DNA of 64,000 nt, from assembly GCA_963713825.1 (NCBI GenBank), contig CAVQNG010000005.1, positions 256,001 through 320,000 of the forward strand, read 5' to 3'. Numbering within the stretch: position 1 is the stretch's first letter; the number at the start of each line of letters is the position of its first letter. Source of the DNA: an uncultured Acidobacteriota bacterium (lineage in GTDB: Bacteria; Acidobacteriota; Thermoanaerobaculia; Multivoradales; JAHEKO01). The notes beneath the pieces were generated by a model that made no database searches, was not told where the DNA came from, and saw only the letters and a program-made list of their open reading frames with translations. The translations under genes and the position numbers were made by a program. This document shows, piece after piece, positions 8,879 through 19,886 of this stretch.

Positions 8879-9775
8879 GTGGGACAGGTTGAGAAGCTTG
8901 GCGTTGTTGGAGCAGGAACGATGGGGCACGGAATCGCCCAGGTGGCGGCACAGGCCGGATTCGAAGTCACCCTGGTAGACGCCGTGAGCGAGGCTCTCGT
9001 GACCGGAGTCGGTCGCGTCGAGAAGTCGTTGGGCAAGCTCGTCAACAAAGGAAAGCTGGAAGAGGAGGACCGTCAGTCGGCACTTGCCAGGATTACGACC
9101 AGCACCGATCTGGGAGAGCTCGCCGATGCGGCGCTGGTGGTCGAGGCGGTGGTGGAGAAGCTGGAGGTCAAGTGCGAGATCCTGTCCGAATTGGATCGGA
9201 TCTGCACCCCGGAGACCATTCTGGCCTCCAATACCAGCTCGATCTCCATCACCCGACTTGCGGCGGCGACATCTCGTCCCGGCAAAGTGATCGGCATGCA
9301 CTTCATGAACCCGGTTCCCTTGATGAAGCTGGTGGAGATCATTCGGGGCCTGGCAACCGAGCCGGAAGTGTTGGCGCGGGTCGAGGAGCTCACCCGCCAG
9401 CTCGGCAAGACCCCTGTCGAGGTGCACGATGCGCCGGGCTTCGTGTCGAATCGTGTTCTCATGCCAATGATCAACGAGGCCATCTTCTGCCTTTATGAAG
9501 GAGTCGGAACGGTTCCGGCCATCGATGAGGTCATGAAGCTGGGAATGAACCATCCCATGGGCCCCCTGGCATTGGCCGATCTCATCGGGCTGGATGTCTG
9601 TCTCGACATTCTCCGCGTGCTGTACGATGGCTTCGTGGATCCGAAGTACCGACCATGCCCATTGCTGGTGAAGATGGTGGATGCCGGCTACCTGGGTCGC
9701 AAGACGGGCAGCGGCTTCTACACCTATGGTGAGGGTGAAGCCAGAGCCTTCGACCCTGCTCGAGGTTATCGATAG
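8879..9775 (+). CDS. hbd: 3-hydroxybutyryl-CoA / 3-hydroxyacyl-CoA dehydrogenase
   Basis: GAGTMGHGIA, ASNTSS, GMHFMNP, PGFVSNR and HPMGPL.LAD.IGLD motifs. GTG start after AAGGAGG. Confidence 0.9.
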   Translation: MGQVEKLGVVGAGTMGHGIAQVAAQAGFEVTLVDAVSEALVTGVGRVEKSLGKLVNKGKLEEEDRQSALARITTSTDLGELADAALVVEAVVEKLEVKCEILSELDRICTPETILASNTSSISITRLAAATSRPGKVIGMHFMNPVPLMKLVEIIRGLATEPEVLARVEELTRQLGKTPVEVHDAPGFVSNRVLMPMINEAIFCLYEGVGTVPAIDEVMKLGMNHPMGPLALADLIGLDVCLDILRVLYDGFVDPKYRPCPLLVKMVDAGYLGRKTGSGFYTYGEGEARAFDPARGYR

Positions 9776-11629
9776 ATGTTCTGTCAGGTCTGTGGGGCAG
9801 AGAACTCGGACGAGTTGGAGTACTGCTCCCGCTGTGATCAGAAGTTGTTGGTGCTGTCGGGTGTTCCTTCGCCCCCGGTCGAGGGCGATACCTTCGAGGA
9901 GGCTCCCGAAGAGGGTTTCTCGCTCGACGAGCACCTGCTGGAACGCATCTCCATCCTCGAGGAGGCGGTCAAACGGACGGCCGATACGGTGCGTCAGCTG
10001 CTGACTACCCTCCACAAGCAGGAGCGCAGCATTCTGATCAACCAGTCGGGGTTGGCAACGCTGCGTGAGATTCTGGAGGATCGGCGACTCATCGCGCGCG
10101 AGGAGTGGAGCGAGCTCTGGCAGTCGAAGGTGGACTATCAGATGCTGGCCCTGGAGAAGAGGGAGCGCTTTGTGGGACTTCGGGACCGGATCTCGGCCCT
10201 ACACAAGGGCAATCGTCGGACCCTCTTCAACAAGCTCCTCGAAGATGCGGAGTACGCCCTGTACGGCTTCGACATCGAGGCCGCGCTGCAGGCTCTCGAG
10301 GCGGCTCACCGACTCGATCGCGACAACTACGAGCTCAACTACTTTCTGGGCGAAACCTACTTCAACGAGGGGCAGGCCAGTGTCGCCCTGTCCTACTTCA
10401 GACGCGTTTTGGAGGTCAAGCCCGACCACTACGAGGGCCTGGTTTACAGTGGCGTCATCCATCATGAGCAGGGTGACAGCGAGAGGGCGATCGAGCAGCT
10501 ACAGCGGGCTGTGGCCCTGTTTCCCGATTCCTTCCTACCGCACTTCAGTCTGGGCGCCGTCTATGCGGGACAGGGTAACTTGTCCAAGGCGGTGGTCCTG
10601 CTCGAGAAGGCCGTCGAGATCGATCCCGTGCCCCAGGCTCTGTTTCTTCTCGGCAGCTCGCTGTATGAGATGGGGAAGGTCACCGCGGCGATCGGCTATC
10701 TACAGCAGGTCGTCCGGCACGATCCGGCCTACGAAGAGGCCTATCACCTCCTGGGACTGGCCTATTTGGATCGGCACTGGAACCGCAAGGCCCTCGAGGC
10801 CTTTCGCCAGGCACAGCGCCTCAACCCCACGAAGATGCGCTACCAGGATCTCGTGCGGTACCTGTCGGGCCAGGCTGACCGGCCCTTGCCGGAGATCTCG
10901 GCCGAGGCCCAGACCTGGATTCGGGAGGCCGAAGAGGAGATCGTCGAGGGACATTCCGGTCGCGCGGTCTCGCTGTACAGGCGAGCGATCGACAGCGATC
11001 CCGACAATCCGACCCTGCTGATGTCGTATGCCCTGCTCTGCCTGCAACTCGAGCGGGCCCAGGAGACCGAGAAGGTGACGCGGCGGATCCTGGACCTCGA
11101 GCCCGGCGAGATGCTCAAGGCGACAGCCTGCGCGACGCTCATCGAGGCTCTGCGCAGCGAAGGCCGCTACAGGGAAGGCAACCGCATAGGCCAACGTCTT
11201 CTCGACGAGGGCACCTCCGACTTTTCGCGCACCATCGCCTACTACGAGATGGCCTACAACATGGCCGAGATGGAGGAGGACCTGGACAAGGCGCTGGAGT
11301 TCGCCCAGCGCTCTCTGGAGCTGGCACCAGAAGAGCTGCGGCAGTTCCCCTTGGCCGCGCTGGGCTGGGTCCACTACAAGAGGAAGGAGTTCGATCAGGC
11401 GATCGACTTTCTCGACCGCTCGAGCCGTCTGGAAACGTCGGTCACCACCCTGACCCATTTGGGAATGGCGTTGCTGGCCTCGGGAGCCGAGGAGAGAGCC
11501 CGTACCGTCCTGGCTGAAGCCAGGAGTCTGGAGGGGGCTGAGACATCGGTCGAGCAGAAGATGATGGAGTGTCTGAAGACCAGCAATCGTCTTTTGGACA
11601 GAGTGCAGCAGGGTCGAGCCAAGAAGTAG
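9776..11629 (+). CDS. cytoplasmic TPR protein with N-terminal zinc ribbon and coiled coil
   Basis: CQVC...CSRC at the N-terminus, a helical linker and about 10 TPRs. No signal peptide. Confidence 0.85.
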   Translation: MFCQVCGAENSDELEYCSRCDQKLLVLSGVPSPPVEGDTFEEAPEEGFSLDEHLLERISILEEAVKRTADTVRQLLTTLHKQERSILINQSGLATLREILEDRRLIAREEWSELWQSKVDYQMLALEKRERFVGLRDRISALHKGNRRTLFNKLLEDAEYALYGFDIEAALQALEAAHRLDRDNYELNYFLGETYFNEGQASVALSYFRRVLEVKPDHYEGLVYSGVIHHEQGDSERAIEQLQRAVALFPDSFLPHFSLGAVYAGQGNLSKAVVLLEKAVEIDPVPQALFLLGSSLYEMGKVTAAIGYLQQVVRHDPAYEEAYHLLGLAYLDRHWNRKALEAFRQAQRLNPTKMRYQDLVRYLSGQADRPLPEISAEAQTWIREAEEEIVEGHSGRAVSLYRRAIDSDPDNPTLLMSYALLCLQLERAQETEKVTRRILDLEPGEMLKATACATLIEALRSEGRYREGNRIGQRLLDEGTSDFSRTIAYYEMAYNMAEMEEDLDKALEFAQRSLELAPEELRQFPLAALGWVHYKRKEFDQAIDFLDRSSRLETSVTTLTHLGMALLASGAEERARTVLAEARSLEGAETSVEQKMMECLKTSNRLLDRVQQGRAKK

Positions 11630-11661
11630 TCCCCACGCCTGAAAGAAAGAGAGAGTCGTCG

Positions 11662-13371
11662 ATGCGCTGGAGCAAGTTCTATCTGTTTACCACCAGAGAG
11701 GTGCCGAACGACGCCGAAGTCGTCAGTCACCAGCTCATGGTGCGAGCCGGGATGATCCGCAAGGCGGCTGCAGGCATCTACACCTATCTGCCGCTCGGAT
11801 GGCGGAGCATCCGCAAGATGATGGACATCGTGCGCCGCGAAATGGACGCGGCCGGCGCCGTGGAGCTGCTGATGCCGGCAGTCCACCCGGCCGAGCTCTG
11901 GAAGGAGACGGAGCGTTGGGACGTTTTCGGCGATCTGCTCTTGAAGATGAAGGACCGCAATCAGCGCGACTTCTGTTTGGGTCCGACGCATGAGGAAGTG
12001 GTGACCGATGCGGTGCGCCACGATGTGAAGAGCTATCGGCAGTTGCCCTTCAACCTCTACCAGATTCAGGACAAGTTTCGTGACGAGATTCGCCCGCGGT
12101 TCGGCCTCATGCGAGCCCGGGAGTTCTTCATGAAGGACGCCTACTCCTTCCATGCCGGCGCCGACAGCCTGGACGAAACCTACGAGGCGATGCGGCAGGC
12201 CTACTGCAAGGTGTTCGAGGACTGCAAACTGGAGTACTCCATGGTCGAGGCCCTGAGCGGCGCCATCGGCGGCTCGGCGTCGCACGAGTTCATGGTGCTT
12301 GCCGACACCGGCGAGGACGCGGTGGTCAGCTGCGCGAGCTGCGGATACGCCGCCAACGTGGAGAAGGCCGAAGCGCGCCCGTTGACTTCAGACTCCTCTG
12401 GCGGGGACCCCGAAGATCTGCTGGAGGTTTCGACCCCGGCAGCAACGACCATTGCCGACGTGACGGGGCTCCTGGAGGTCGGAGCCGAGCGCTTGGTGAA
12501 GACCCTGGTTTATGAAACGGAGGAGGGCCCTGTCCTGGCTCTTGTCCGGGGGGACCGGGACCTCAACGAGGCGAAGCTGGCGAGCTTCCTGGGTGCCCAA
12601 CACCTGAAGATGGCTGGTGACGAGCTCGTCGAGAGAGTCACCGGTGCGCCGGTCGGTTTCGCCGGGCCGGTCGGTCTGCCGCCAGCGGTTCGAATCGTCG
12701 CCGACGAGTCGATCCGGGAATCCACCAATTTCGTCGTTGGAGCCAACAAAGCCGATGCCCACTTCACCGGCGTCAACTGGGGTCGCGATGTCGATCTGAG
12801 CGAATGGACCGATCTGTTGCTGGTCACCGGAGGCGACGGCTGCCCACGGTGCGATGGCACCCTCGAGTTGCACCGCGGAATCGAGGTCGGTCACATTTTC
12901 AAGCTGGGTACGAAGTACTCGGAAGCCATGCACTGCACCTATCTGGACGACCAGGGGGCCTCGCATCCCATGACCATGGGGTGCTATGGGCTCGGTATCG
13001 GCCGCACCGTGGCGGCGGCCATCGAGCAGAATCACGACGAGAACGGCATCATCTGGCCGCTGCCGTTGGCACCGTTCGAAGTCCTGGTGATGGGTCTGAG
13101 CTCGAGGGACGAGCAGGTGGTGGAGACGGCCGACCGTCTCTACGGTCAGCTCGACGAGCAGGGCATCGAGGTGCTCTACGATGACCGCGACGAGCGACCG
13201 GGAGTCAAGTTCAAGGACGCCGACCTCATCGGCATTCCGGTGCGCTTGGTTGTCGGCGCCAAGAGCCTGGCCGAGGGGCAGGTGGAGCTTTCCCGGCGCC
13301 GCGACGGCGAGAAGATCCTCGTCCCGGTCGAGAACGCGATCGAGAAGATCAAAGAGCTGCTGGCTGGCTAG
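11662..13371 (+). CDS. proS: proline--tRNA ligase (bacterial type, with INS editing domain)
   Basis: SHQLMVRAGMI, LGPTHEE, FRDEIRPRFGLMRAREF, GIEVGHIFKLG and MGCYGLGIGR motifs. Confidence 0.98.
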   Translation: MRWSKFYLFTTREVPNDAEVVSHQLMVRAGMIRKAAAGIYTYLPLGWRSIRKMMDIVRREMDAAGAVELLMPAVHPAELWKETERWDVFGDLLLKMKDRNQRDFCLGPTHEEVVTDAVRHDVKSYRQLPFNLYQIQDKFRDEIRPRFGLMRAREFFMKDAYSFHAGADSLDETYEAMRQAYCKVFEDCKLEYSMVEALSGAIGGSASHEFMVLADTGEDAVVSCASCGYAANVEKAEARPLTSDSSGGDPEDLLEVSTPAATTIADVTGLLEVGAERLVKTLVYETEEGPVLALVRGDRDLNEAKLASFLGAQHLKMAGDELVERVTGAPVGFAGPVGLPPAVRIVADESIRESTNFVVGANKADAHFTGVNWGRDVDLSEWTDLLLVTGGDGCPRCDGTLELHRGIEVGHIFKLGTKYSEAMHCTYLDDQGASHPMTMGCYGLGIGRTVAAAIEQNHDENGIIWPLPLAPFEVLVMGLSSRDEQVVETADRLYGQLDEQGIEVLYDDRDERPGVKFKDADLIGIPVRLVVGAKSLAEGQVELSRRRDGEKILVPVENAIEKIKELLAG

Positions 13372-16092
13372 CTGTCGGCCAACTGGCTCAGTCGTTGGCG
13401 AACGAGGTTGGCTCGTGGGTCGCCTGGGGCGGCGCTCAGAAAAGCGCTCAAATGGTCCTTCGCCGCGTCGGGGCGATCGAGTGGTCCCGCATACAGATCC
13501 GCCAGCTCCAGATGGAGGTCGTGCTGCTCAGGGGCGATGCGCAGGGCCTCTTCCAGGTAGTCGGCCGCCTGCTGCCAGTCCTGCTGCCTTCCCGCCGAGA
13601 TGCCCAGGTTCACCATGGCTTGCCAGAGGCCGGGATCGACCTGCAGGGCCTTCTCATAGTGCTGGCGAGCCTCGGCGACGCGACCCTGCTGCTCGACGAT
13701 CAGCCCCAAATCGCTCCAGGTGTTCGCCTGTAGAGGGTCGATCTCGACAACCTGCCGCAGCCGTTCTTCCGCCCCAGCTAGATCCTGCCGCTGAATTTGG
13801 ATGGCCGCCAGCAGGGACAAGGCAGCCGTATTTCGAGGCTCGGTCATGAGTAGACCATCGAGCTCGGCCTGCGCTTCGTCGAGGCGGCCGGCCTGCAAGT
13901 GACCTGCGGCCTGCTGAACTGCCGGGCTTGGCGCTGCGGCCGTGGGTGGCGCTGCACCGCTCTTTTGCGACCGTGCGAAGTCGAGGGCGGCTTGGAGGTC
14001 TGGCCTGGGGTCCTCGGACAGGCTCAGCGCGCGGCTCAGGTGGGCCTCCGCAGCGTCGGCGTCGCGAAGTCGTATTGCTAGAAGACCGAGCCTGGAATGA
14101 AGCTCGAGGTCGTTCGGCCAGCGTTCGAGGGCCGCCCGTAGGGTGTTGGCGGCGGCCTGGAATTCCTCTGAGGTCTCCTCGGCCTCGGCGAGGAAAAGGT
14201 GGCCCTCGAGGATTGTCGGATCTTGGTCGAGGGCTCCCTGCAGGCGGTGGATGGCGCTCTCAGTCTCCGCGTCCACCATCTCTGCGAGTCGGGCGTAGTA
14301 GATGTTGATCCAGGGCTCGGCGGGCGATTGTTGTAGCGCTTCCTCAACCACCGCCCGGGCTCGATCGAGATCTCCGAGCTGCAGCAGTAGGATGGTCCGC
14401 TCCATCCATGCCTTCGTCAAGTCGGGATCGATCTCCAGTGCCTTCTCGGTCAGCTCGAGTGCCTCGGTCCTGTTGCCTTGCTGGTGCTCGATCGTCGCGT
14501 AGAGCAGGAGAATCGAGGCCGGATTGGCATCCAGAGCCAGGAGCCTCTGGATCACCGGCTCGATTTCCTCGTATCGACCGGCGTCGGCCAGGGCCTGCGG
14601 CAGCTCACGAAGAGCGGTCAGATTATCCGGGTCGAGGCGTAGAACTCGCTCTAGCTCGGCAACGGTTTCGGCCGCAGAGTGGGGCCCCCGATCGAAGAAG
14701 TCGAGCAGATCGTTGTGCAGGCCAATCATCTCGCTTGGATCGGGACGCTGGAGGTTCTCGAGTGCCCTGGGCTGGGTGGCCGCCATGTAGCCGAGGCTGC
14801 GCAGTGCCTCAGCGGTCTCGGTATCGAGCTCGATCTGCTGTTCACTCTCGACGATGAAGTTGGCTAGCTCCGCTGCCAGGGCAGCCACCATGTCAGGCTC
14901 CCGCGCGGCCAGATTGATGGCTTCTCCTGGGTCCTTTTCGAGGTTGTAGAGCTCGGGAGTTGTCGTTTGGATGAGCTTCCACGGCCAGCGCAGCAGGCTG
15001 TGCAGTCGGGCCCAGCCATAGGCGCTATAGCCCTGATAGCTCTCCGCATAGAGGGGGTCCGTCGATACCTCGCCTGCCGCAGTCAACTTGGGTCGAAGAC
15101 TGCGTCCCGTGGCCTGCGGTCGTGGATCGACCCCCAGGAAGTCGAGGAGAGTCGGGAGAATGTCGATCTGGCTGACGGGCGTCTCGTCTCGAAGTCCTTG
15201 CGGCCCTCCGGGGACAGTCAGGATCCAGGGAATCAGCAAGGTCGAATCGTAGACCAGGATGCCATGTGTCCCCTCACCGTGCTCGTCCAGGCTCTCTCCA
15301 TGGTCGCCGACGACGGCGATGACCACGTTGCCGCCAAGGCGCGGATGCTCCAGGAGTCGTCCGATCTGCGCGTCGACATAGGCCACCTCGCCGTCGTAGG
15401 GCCGGGGTCCGTAGCGCTCGGCGAACGGAGACGGAGGTGAGTAGGGGGCATGGGGGTCGAAGAGGTGCACCCAGGCGAAGAACCTCTCGTCGGCCCCGAG
15501 CCCGTCGAACCATTCTCTTGTCGATTCGACGACTACTGCGGCCGGTCGATCCGAGATGCCCCAGCGGGAGGTCGCGTTGGACCCACCGCCGATCTGATCG
15601 TCATAAGCCTCGAAGCCCTGGGCCAAGCCGTAGGAGCTGCCAAGGACGGCCGCGCCAACGAAGGCTGCAGTCCTGAAGCCCTCGCCTCCGAGGATCTCGG
15701 CCATGGTCTCGAAGTCTGCCTCGAGTCGGTTGATGCCGTTGTTTCGCACCCCGTGCTGCGGAGGGTAGAGGCCCGTCAGGATCGAAGCATGAGAGGGCAG
15801 GGTGATGGGGGCGACGGCATAGGCGCGATCGAAGACGATGCCGCTCGCCGCCAGACGGGCCAGGGTCGGAGTCTCTACGTCGATGGCACCGTAAGGCTCC
15901 AGCCGGTCGGGTCGAAGGGTGTCGATCGTGACCAGGAGCAGGGACAGCTCGCCAGACTCCAAGATCGGCAGCCGAGCTGGAGCCTTCCGACTCCGGTTGT
16001 CGACTGCAGCTGGAGCCGAAGTAGAGCGTTGTCAGGGCCATGAGAGCCACCAGTTGGCGCCACATTGACCGCTGTGTTGCCGCGGAGAACAT
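13368..16092 (-). CDS. sulfatase-like lipoprotein with long TPR tail; frameshift between signal peptide and catalytic domain
   Basis: Main ORF 13368-15962 has VTIDTLRPD, PITLPSH, GDHGESLDEHGEGTHG, LRSLGY and TPRs. The lipoprotein signal MFSAATQRSMWRQLVALMALTTLYFGSSC is upstream in a different frame. Confidence 0.8.
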
Positions 16093-16209
16093 GCTGGGAT
16101 CGTAGTGCAGAAAGAAACCTCGGTCCAGCCGCTGGCGCTTGATCGCTGCGAACCGATCCCGTACTCTCCAGCCGAGGCATCCGTTACTGAGTGATCCTGG
16201 AAAGAACCG

Positions 16210-17943
16210 ATGGCAAGCACGGCAAGTGAGAGGCATGGGCGATATCTCGTGCTGACTCTCGTGGCTGCGATGATCTCGACGCTTCCCGTGGTTGCGGGGC
16301 AGCCCCGTTTTGCCGAAGTGTCAGCCGAGATCGGGCTCGACTTCGTCCACTTCAACGGCATGTCGGGTGAGCTCTACTTCGTGGAGATGATGGGCCAGGG
16401 ACTGGCGATCCTGGACTACGACAACGATGGCGACCTCGATGTCTACTTCCTGCAGGGTCACATGCTCGGTGAAGGCAAGTCGGTGGAAGACGCCACCATA
16501 CCGCCCAAATACCCGCAGCCCTTCACGGATCGGCTCTATCGGAATGACCTGACAAGGGGAGTGGATGGAGAGTTGCAGGCCCATTTTGTCGACGTCACGG
16601 AGCAGATCGGTCTGGCGGCCCATGGCTACGGCATCGGTGTCGCCAGCGGTGACTACGACAACGATGGCTGGACGGACCTCTACCTCAACAACTGGGGGTC
16701 CAACCAGATGCTGAGAAACACCGGCGACGGGACGTTTGGCGACGCGACCGAGGAGACAGGAACCGATGATCCTCGTTACAGCGCTTCGTCGACGTTCCTC
16801 GACTTCGATCGAGACGGGTGGTTGGACCTGTTCGTCGCCAACTATGTCGATTGGACCCTGGCGAGACGCAAGGCCTGCACGGGCATGGGTGGGGCGCGGG
16901 ATTACTGCGCTCCATGGGCCTTCGAGCCGGTGCCGGACAGCCTCTTTCGCAATCGGGGCAACGGTCGTTTCGAAACTGCGACCCGTTCAGCGGGAGTGAG
17001 CAGCGAGTACGGCGCCGGTCTCGGCGTGGTGAGCGCCGACTTCAACGACGACGGCTGGCCGGACATCTACGTCGCCAACGATGCGTCCCCCAACCAGCTA
17101 TGGATGAACCAGCGCGACGGAACCTTCATCAACGATGGGCTGCTGGCCGGCTGCGCTGTCAATGACATGGGAATGCCCGAAGGCAGCATGGGTGTCGTGG
17201 CCGGCGACATCAACGGCGATGGCAGCTACGATCTGTTCATGTCGCACATTGTCGAGGAGACGAATACCCTCTATCTCAACGACGGCAGCGGCATGTTCAG
17301 CGAGACCACACGCGACAGTGGGTTGGCGTTGCCGAGCTTCAAGTACACAGGCTTCGGAACCGCTCTTTTCGACTTCGACAACGATGGCTGGCTCGACTTG
17401 TTCATTGCCAACGGTGCCGTGCATGAGATCGAGCACCTGGCGCGGGCAGGGGACATCTTTCCGATTCACCAGCCCGATACGCTCTATCACGGCCTCGGGA
17501 AGGGTCGCTTCGCCGAGGTGACCCAGGAGGCCGGAGCTTTCGTGTTCTCGGAAGTGGGGCGCGGAGTGGTCTTCGGCGACCTGGAGAATGATGGCGATTC
17601 CGACCTCCTGGTCGCCAACAATGGCGGTCGCGCTCGAGTGTTTCGCAACGAGGCGGGCAACAGCGTCAATTGGATGGGTCTGCGCTTCGTCAGTCCATCG
17701 CATCACCAGCCGCCGGGTGTGAAGGTCGAGGCCGTGCGCTCCGACGGATTCGAGATTTGGCGTCGCAATGGCACCGATGGCAGCTATGCTTCGGCGGGTG
17801 AGCCTCGGGTGCTGCTCGGCCTCGATGCGGCGAACGGACCCGTGCGGCTGCGAGTCCGCTGGCCAGGGGGGCGGGTCCAAGAGTTCCCTGGCTTGCCGCC
17901 GAACCACTACATCACGATCATGGACAAAGGAGATCACAAGTGA
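16210..17943 (+). CDS. CRTAC1-family FG-GAP repeat protein with ASPIC/UnbV domain
   Basis: Signal peptide, about seven DxDNDGxxD blades, C-terminal GSYASA..RVLLGL...VRWPGG. Confidence 0.92.
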   Translation: MASTASERHGRYLVLTLVAAMISTLPVVAGQPRFAEVSAEIGLDFVHFNGMSGELYFVEMMGQGLAILDYDNDGDLDVYFLQGHMLGEGKSVEDATIPPKYPQPFTDRLYRNDLTRGVDGELQAHFVDVTEQIGLAAHGYGIGVASGDYDNDGWTDLYLNNWGSNQMLRNTGDGTFGDATEETGTDDPRYSASSTFLDFDRDGWLDLFVANYVDWTLARRKACTGMGGARDYCAPWAFEPVPDSLFRNRGNGRFETATRSAGVSSEYGAGLGVVSADFNDDGWPDIYVANDASPNQLWMNQRDGTFINDGLLAGCAVNDMGMPEGSMGVVAGDINGDGSYDLFMSHIVEETNTLYLNDGSGMFSETTRDSGLALPSFKYTGFGTALFDFDNDGWLDLFIANGAVHEIEHLARAGDIFPIHQPDTLYHGLGKGRFAEVTQEAGAFVFSEVGRGVVFGDLENDGDSDLLVANNGGRARVFRNEAGNSVNWMGLRFVSPSHHQPPGVKVEAVRSDGFEIWRRNGTDGSYASAGEPRVLLGLDAANGPVRLRVRWPGGRVQEFPGLPPNHYITIMDKGDHK

Positions 17944-19877
17944 ATTACGGCGCTCTCAGCCGAGCCTCACGGGGACGATGGGGTGCTCACCGTTGGCTCA
18001 TAGCGGCCGTCGTCGTTCAGGTGCTGGCCTGTTCTGGTGCTCTGTGGAGCCAAGAACCCGATGCCTTCGATGCCCTGATCGAGGTCCCGGTACCGGCCCT
18101 GGACAAGTTCGAACAGGCGATCCAGGACCAGTTGCTGGAGCAGCGGGCCAGCCTCGACGGGCTCGTCTCCAGAACCGACGTGCCACGCCTGGAGCTGATG
18201 GAGTCCTTCGGCAAGACAGGGCAGCTGTACTTCCTCTATGAGGTCTACGAAGCCGCGCAGGCCTGTTTCATCAATGCGCGGACGCTCGCTCCCAGAGACT
18301 TCCGTTGGCACTACTACATAGGCGTCGTCTACAGCCGCCAGGGTGAGGCCGCGAAGGCTATCGACAGCCTCGAGCAGGCGGTTCCTCTGCGCCCTCAGAG
18401 TATCCCTGCTCACATGCGCCTGGGCCTCCTCGAGTTCGATCACGGTGACCTCGACAGAGCAGAACAGGAGTTTCTCGCCGCGCTCGAGATCAAGTCCGAT
18501 CTCGCAGCTGCTCACCACGGCCTTGGAATGGTCGCCCTCCGGCGTGGCGACCCGCAAATGGCGATCCAGCACCTCGAAAGGGCTCTGGAGCTGCAGCCGA
18601 AAGCAACGACCATTCATCAGCAGCTCGGTCTGGCCTATCGCGAGCTGGGAGATCTCGATCGGGCGCGCTATCACCTGCAACTCAACGAGCACGACCCGGT
18701 GATGTTCCCCGATCCACTCGTCTTTCGTCTGTCTGGCCTGATTCAGGGCAGCCGGTTCTACATCAAGCTGGGTAACGAAGCTCTCAAGGCAGGGCGACTC
18801 GGACAGGCGATCGACGACTTCAGCGAGGCGGTAGCCAGGGATCCCGAGGAGAAGCTCGCCCAATACAATCTCGGTCAGGCCCTGCTGCAAGCCCAACGCT
18901 TCGACGAAGCGATCCAGCACTTTGAACGAGCGCTCGACATCGATCCGGACTTTCGCGACGCTCACTACAATCTGGGTACAACGCTCAGCGAGCTCGAGCG
19001 CTTCGAAGAATCCGCGGCCCACTTCCAAAGAGCCCGCGAGATCGATCCCCAGGATCGGGAGGCGCGTTTGCAGTGGGCCATGGCAATGGGCCGGGCCGGA
19101 AAGGCTCGGGAGGCGGTCGAAGAGCTACAGGCACTGCGCGCCGAGAATCCTGACGATGCCGGAGTCGCCCTGAGCCTGGCGGCCATTCTGGGGCCCGTGG
19201 GGCAGGTCGATGCGGCCCGCGCAGAGTTGGACCGGGCCCTGTCCATCTCCCGCGAACCGGCGCTCGAGGCCGAGGCGCATTTCCAGCTCGGTCTACTGGA
19301 CCAGGGTGAAGGAGCAACAGCGTCGGCGATCGATCACTTCCTGACCGCTGGCGAGCTCAATCCGAAGTTGAGCGCTGCCAACACCGCCGCCGGTGCGCTA
19401 CAGGCCCAGCAAGGGGCCTTCGAGGCGGCCGCCGAGAGTTTCGAGCGGGTGGTCGAAGTCGATGCAACGAATGAGATAGCCCGATTCAGCAGGGCCATGG
19501 CCCTGCTGCTGGCAGGCAACTACCAGCTGGCGACCGACGAACTGGAAGAGGATCTCGAGATTCTGCCGCAGAGCCTTCCCCTGCGGCATCTGTTGGCCCG
19601 CCTGCTGGCCACGGTCCCGGACGAGTCAGTTCGTGATGGAGATCGAGCCCTGGTATTGGCGAAGGAGGTCTTCGGACTGGCTGTCAGCGCCGACCACGCC
19701 GAAACCCTGGCGATGGCCTGGGCGGAATCGGGCGATTTCGACACCGCCATCCAGTGGCAGGAGAGGGCTCTGGAGCTGTTGCCTGAAGGCGGAGGCCCCG
19801 GACAGGCCTCTGCAGCGCGCCTCCGCCTGGAGCAGTACCAGAGCGGGCAAGCCTGCAGGGAGCCGTGGAAGGACTGA
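17940..19877 (+). CDS. exported TPR protein
   Basis: Signal peptide and many TPRs. Overlaps the upstream CRTAC1 stop (GTGA). Paralog of 24546-26561. Confidence 0.88.
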   Translation: MNYGALSRASRGRWGAHRWLIAAVVVQVLACSGALWSQEPDAFDALIEVPVPALDKFEQAIQDQLLEQRASLDGLVSRTDVPRLELMESFGKTGQLYFLYEVYEAAQACFINARTLAPRDFRWHYYIGVVYSRQGEAAKAIDSLEQAVPLRPQSIPAHMRLGLLEFDHGDLDRAEQEFLAALEIKSDLAAAHHGLGMVALRRGDPQMAIQHLERALELQPKATTIHQQLGLAYRELGDLDRARYHLQLNEHDPVMFPDPLVFRLSGLIQGSRFYIKLGNEALKAGRLGQAIDDFSEAVARDPEEKLAQYNLGQALLQAQRFDEAIQHFERALDIDPDFRDAHYNLGTTLSELERFEESAAHFQRAREIDPQDREARLQWAMAMGRAGKAREAVEELQALRAENPDDAGVALSLAAILGPVGQVDAARAELDRALSISREPALEAEAHFQLGLLDQGEGATASAIDHFLTAGELNPKLSAANTAAGALQAQQGAFEAAAESFERVVEVDATNEIARFSRAMALLLAGNYQLATDELEEDLEILPQSLPLRHLLARLLATVPDESVRDGDRALVLAKEVFGLAVSADHAETLAMAWAESGDFDTAIQWQERALELLPEGGGPGQASAARLRLEQYQSGQACREPWKD

Positions 19878-19886
19878 TGTCCAGCC

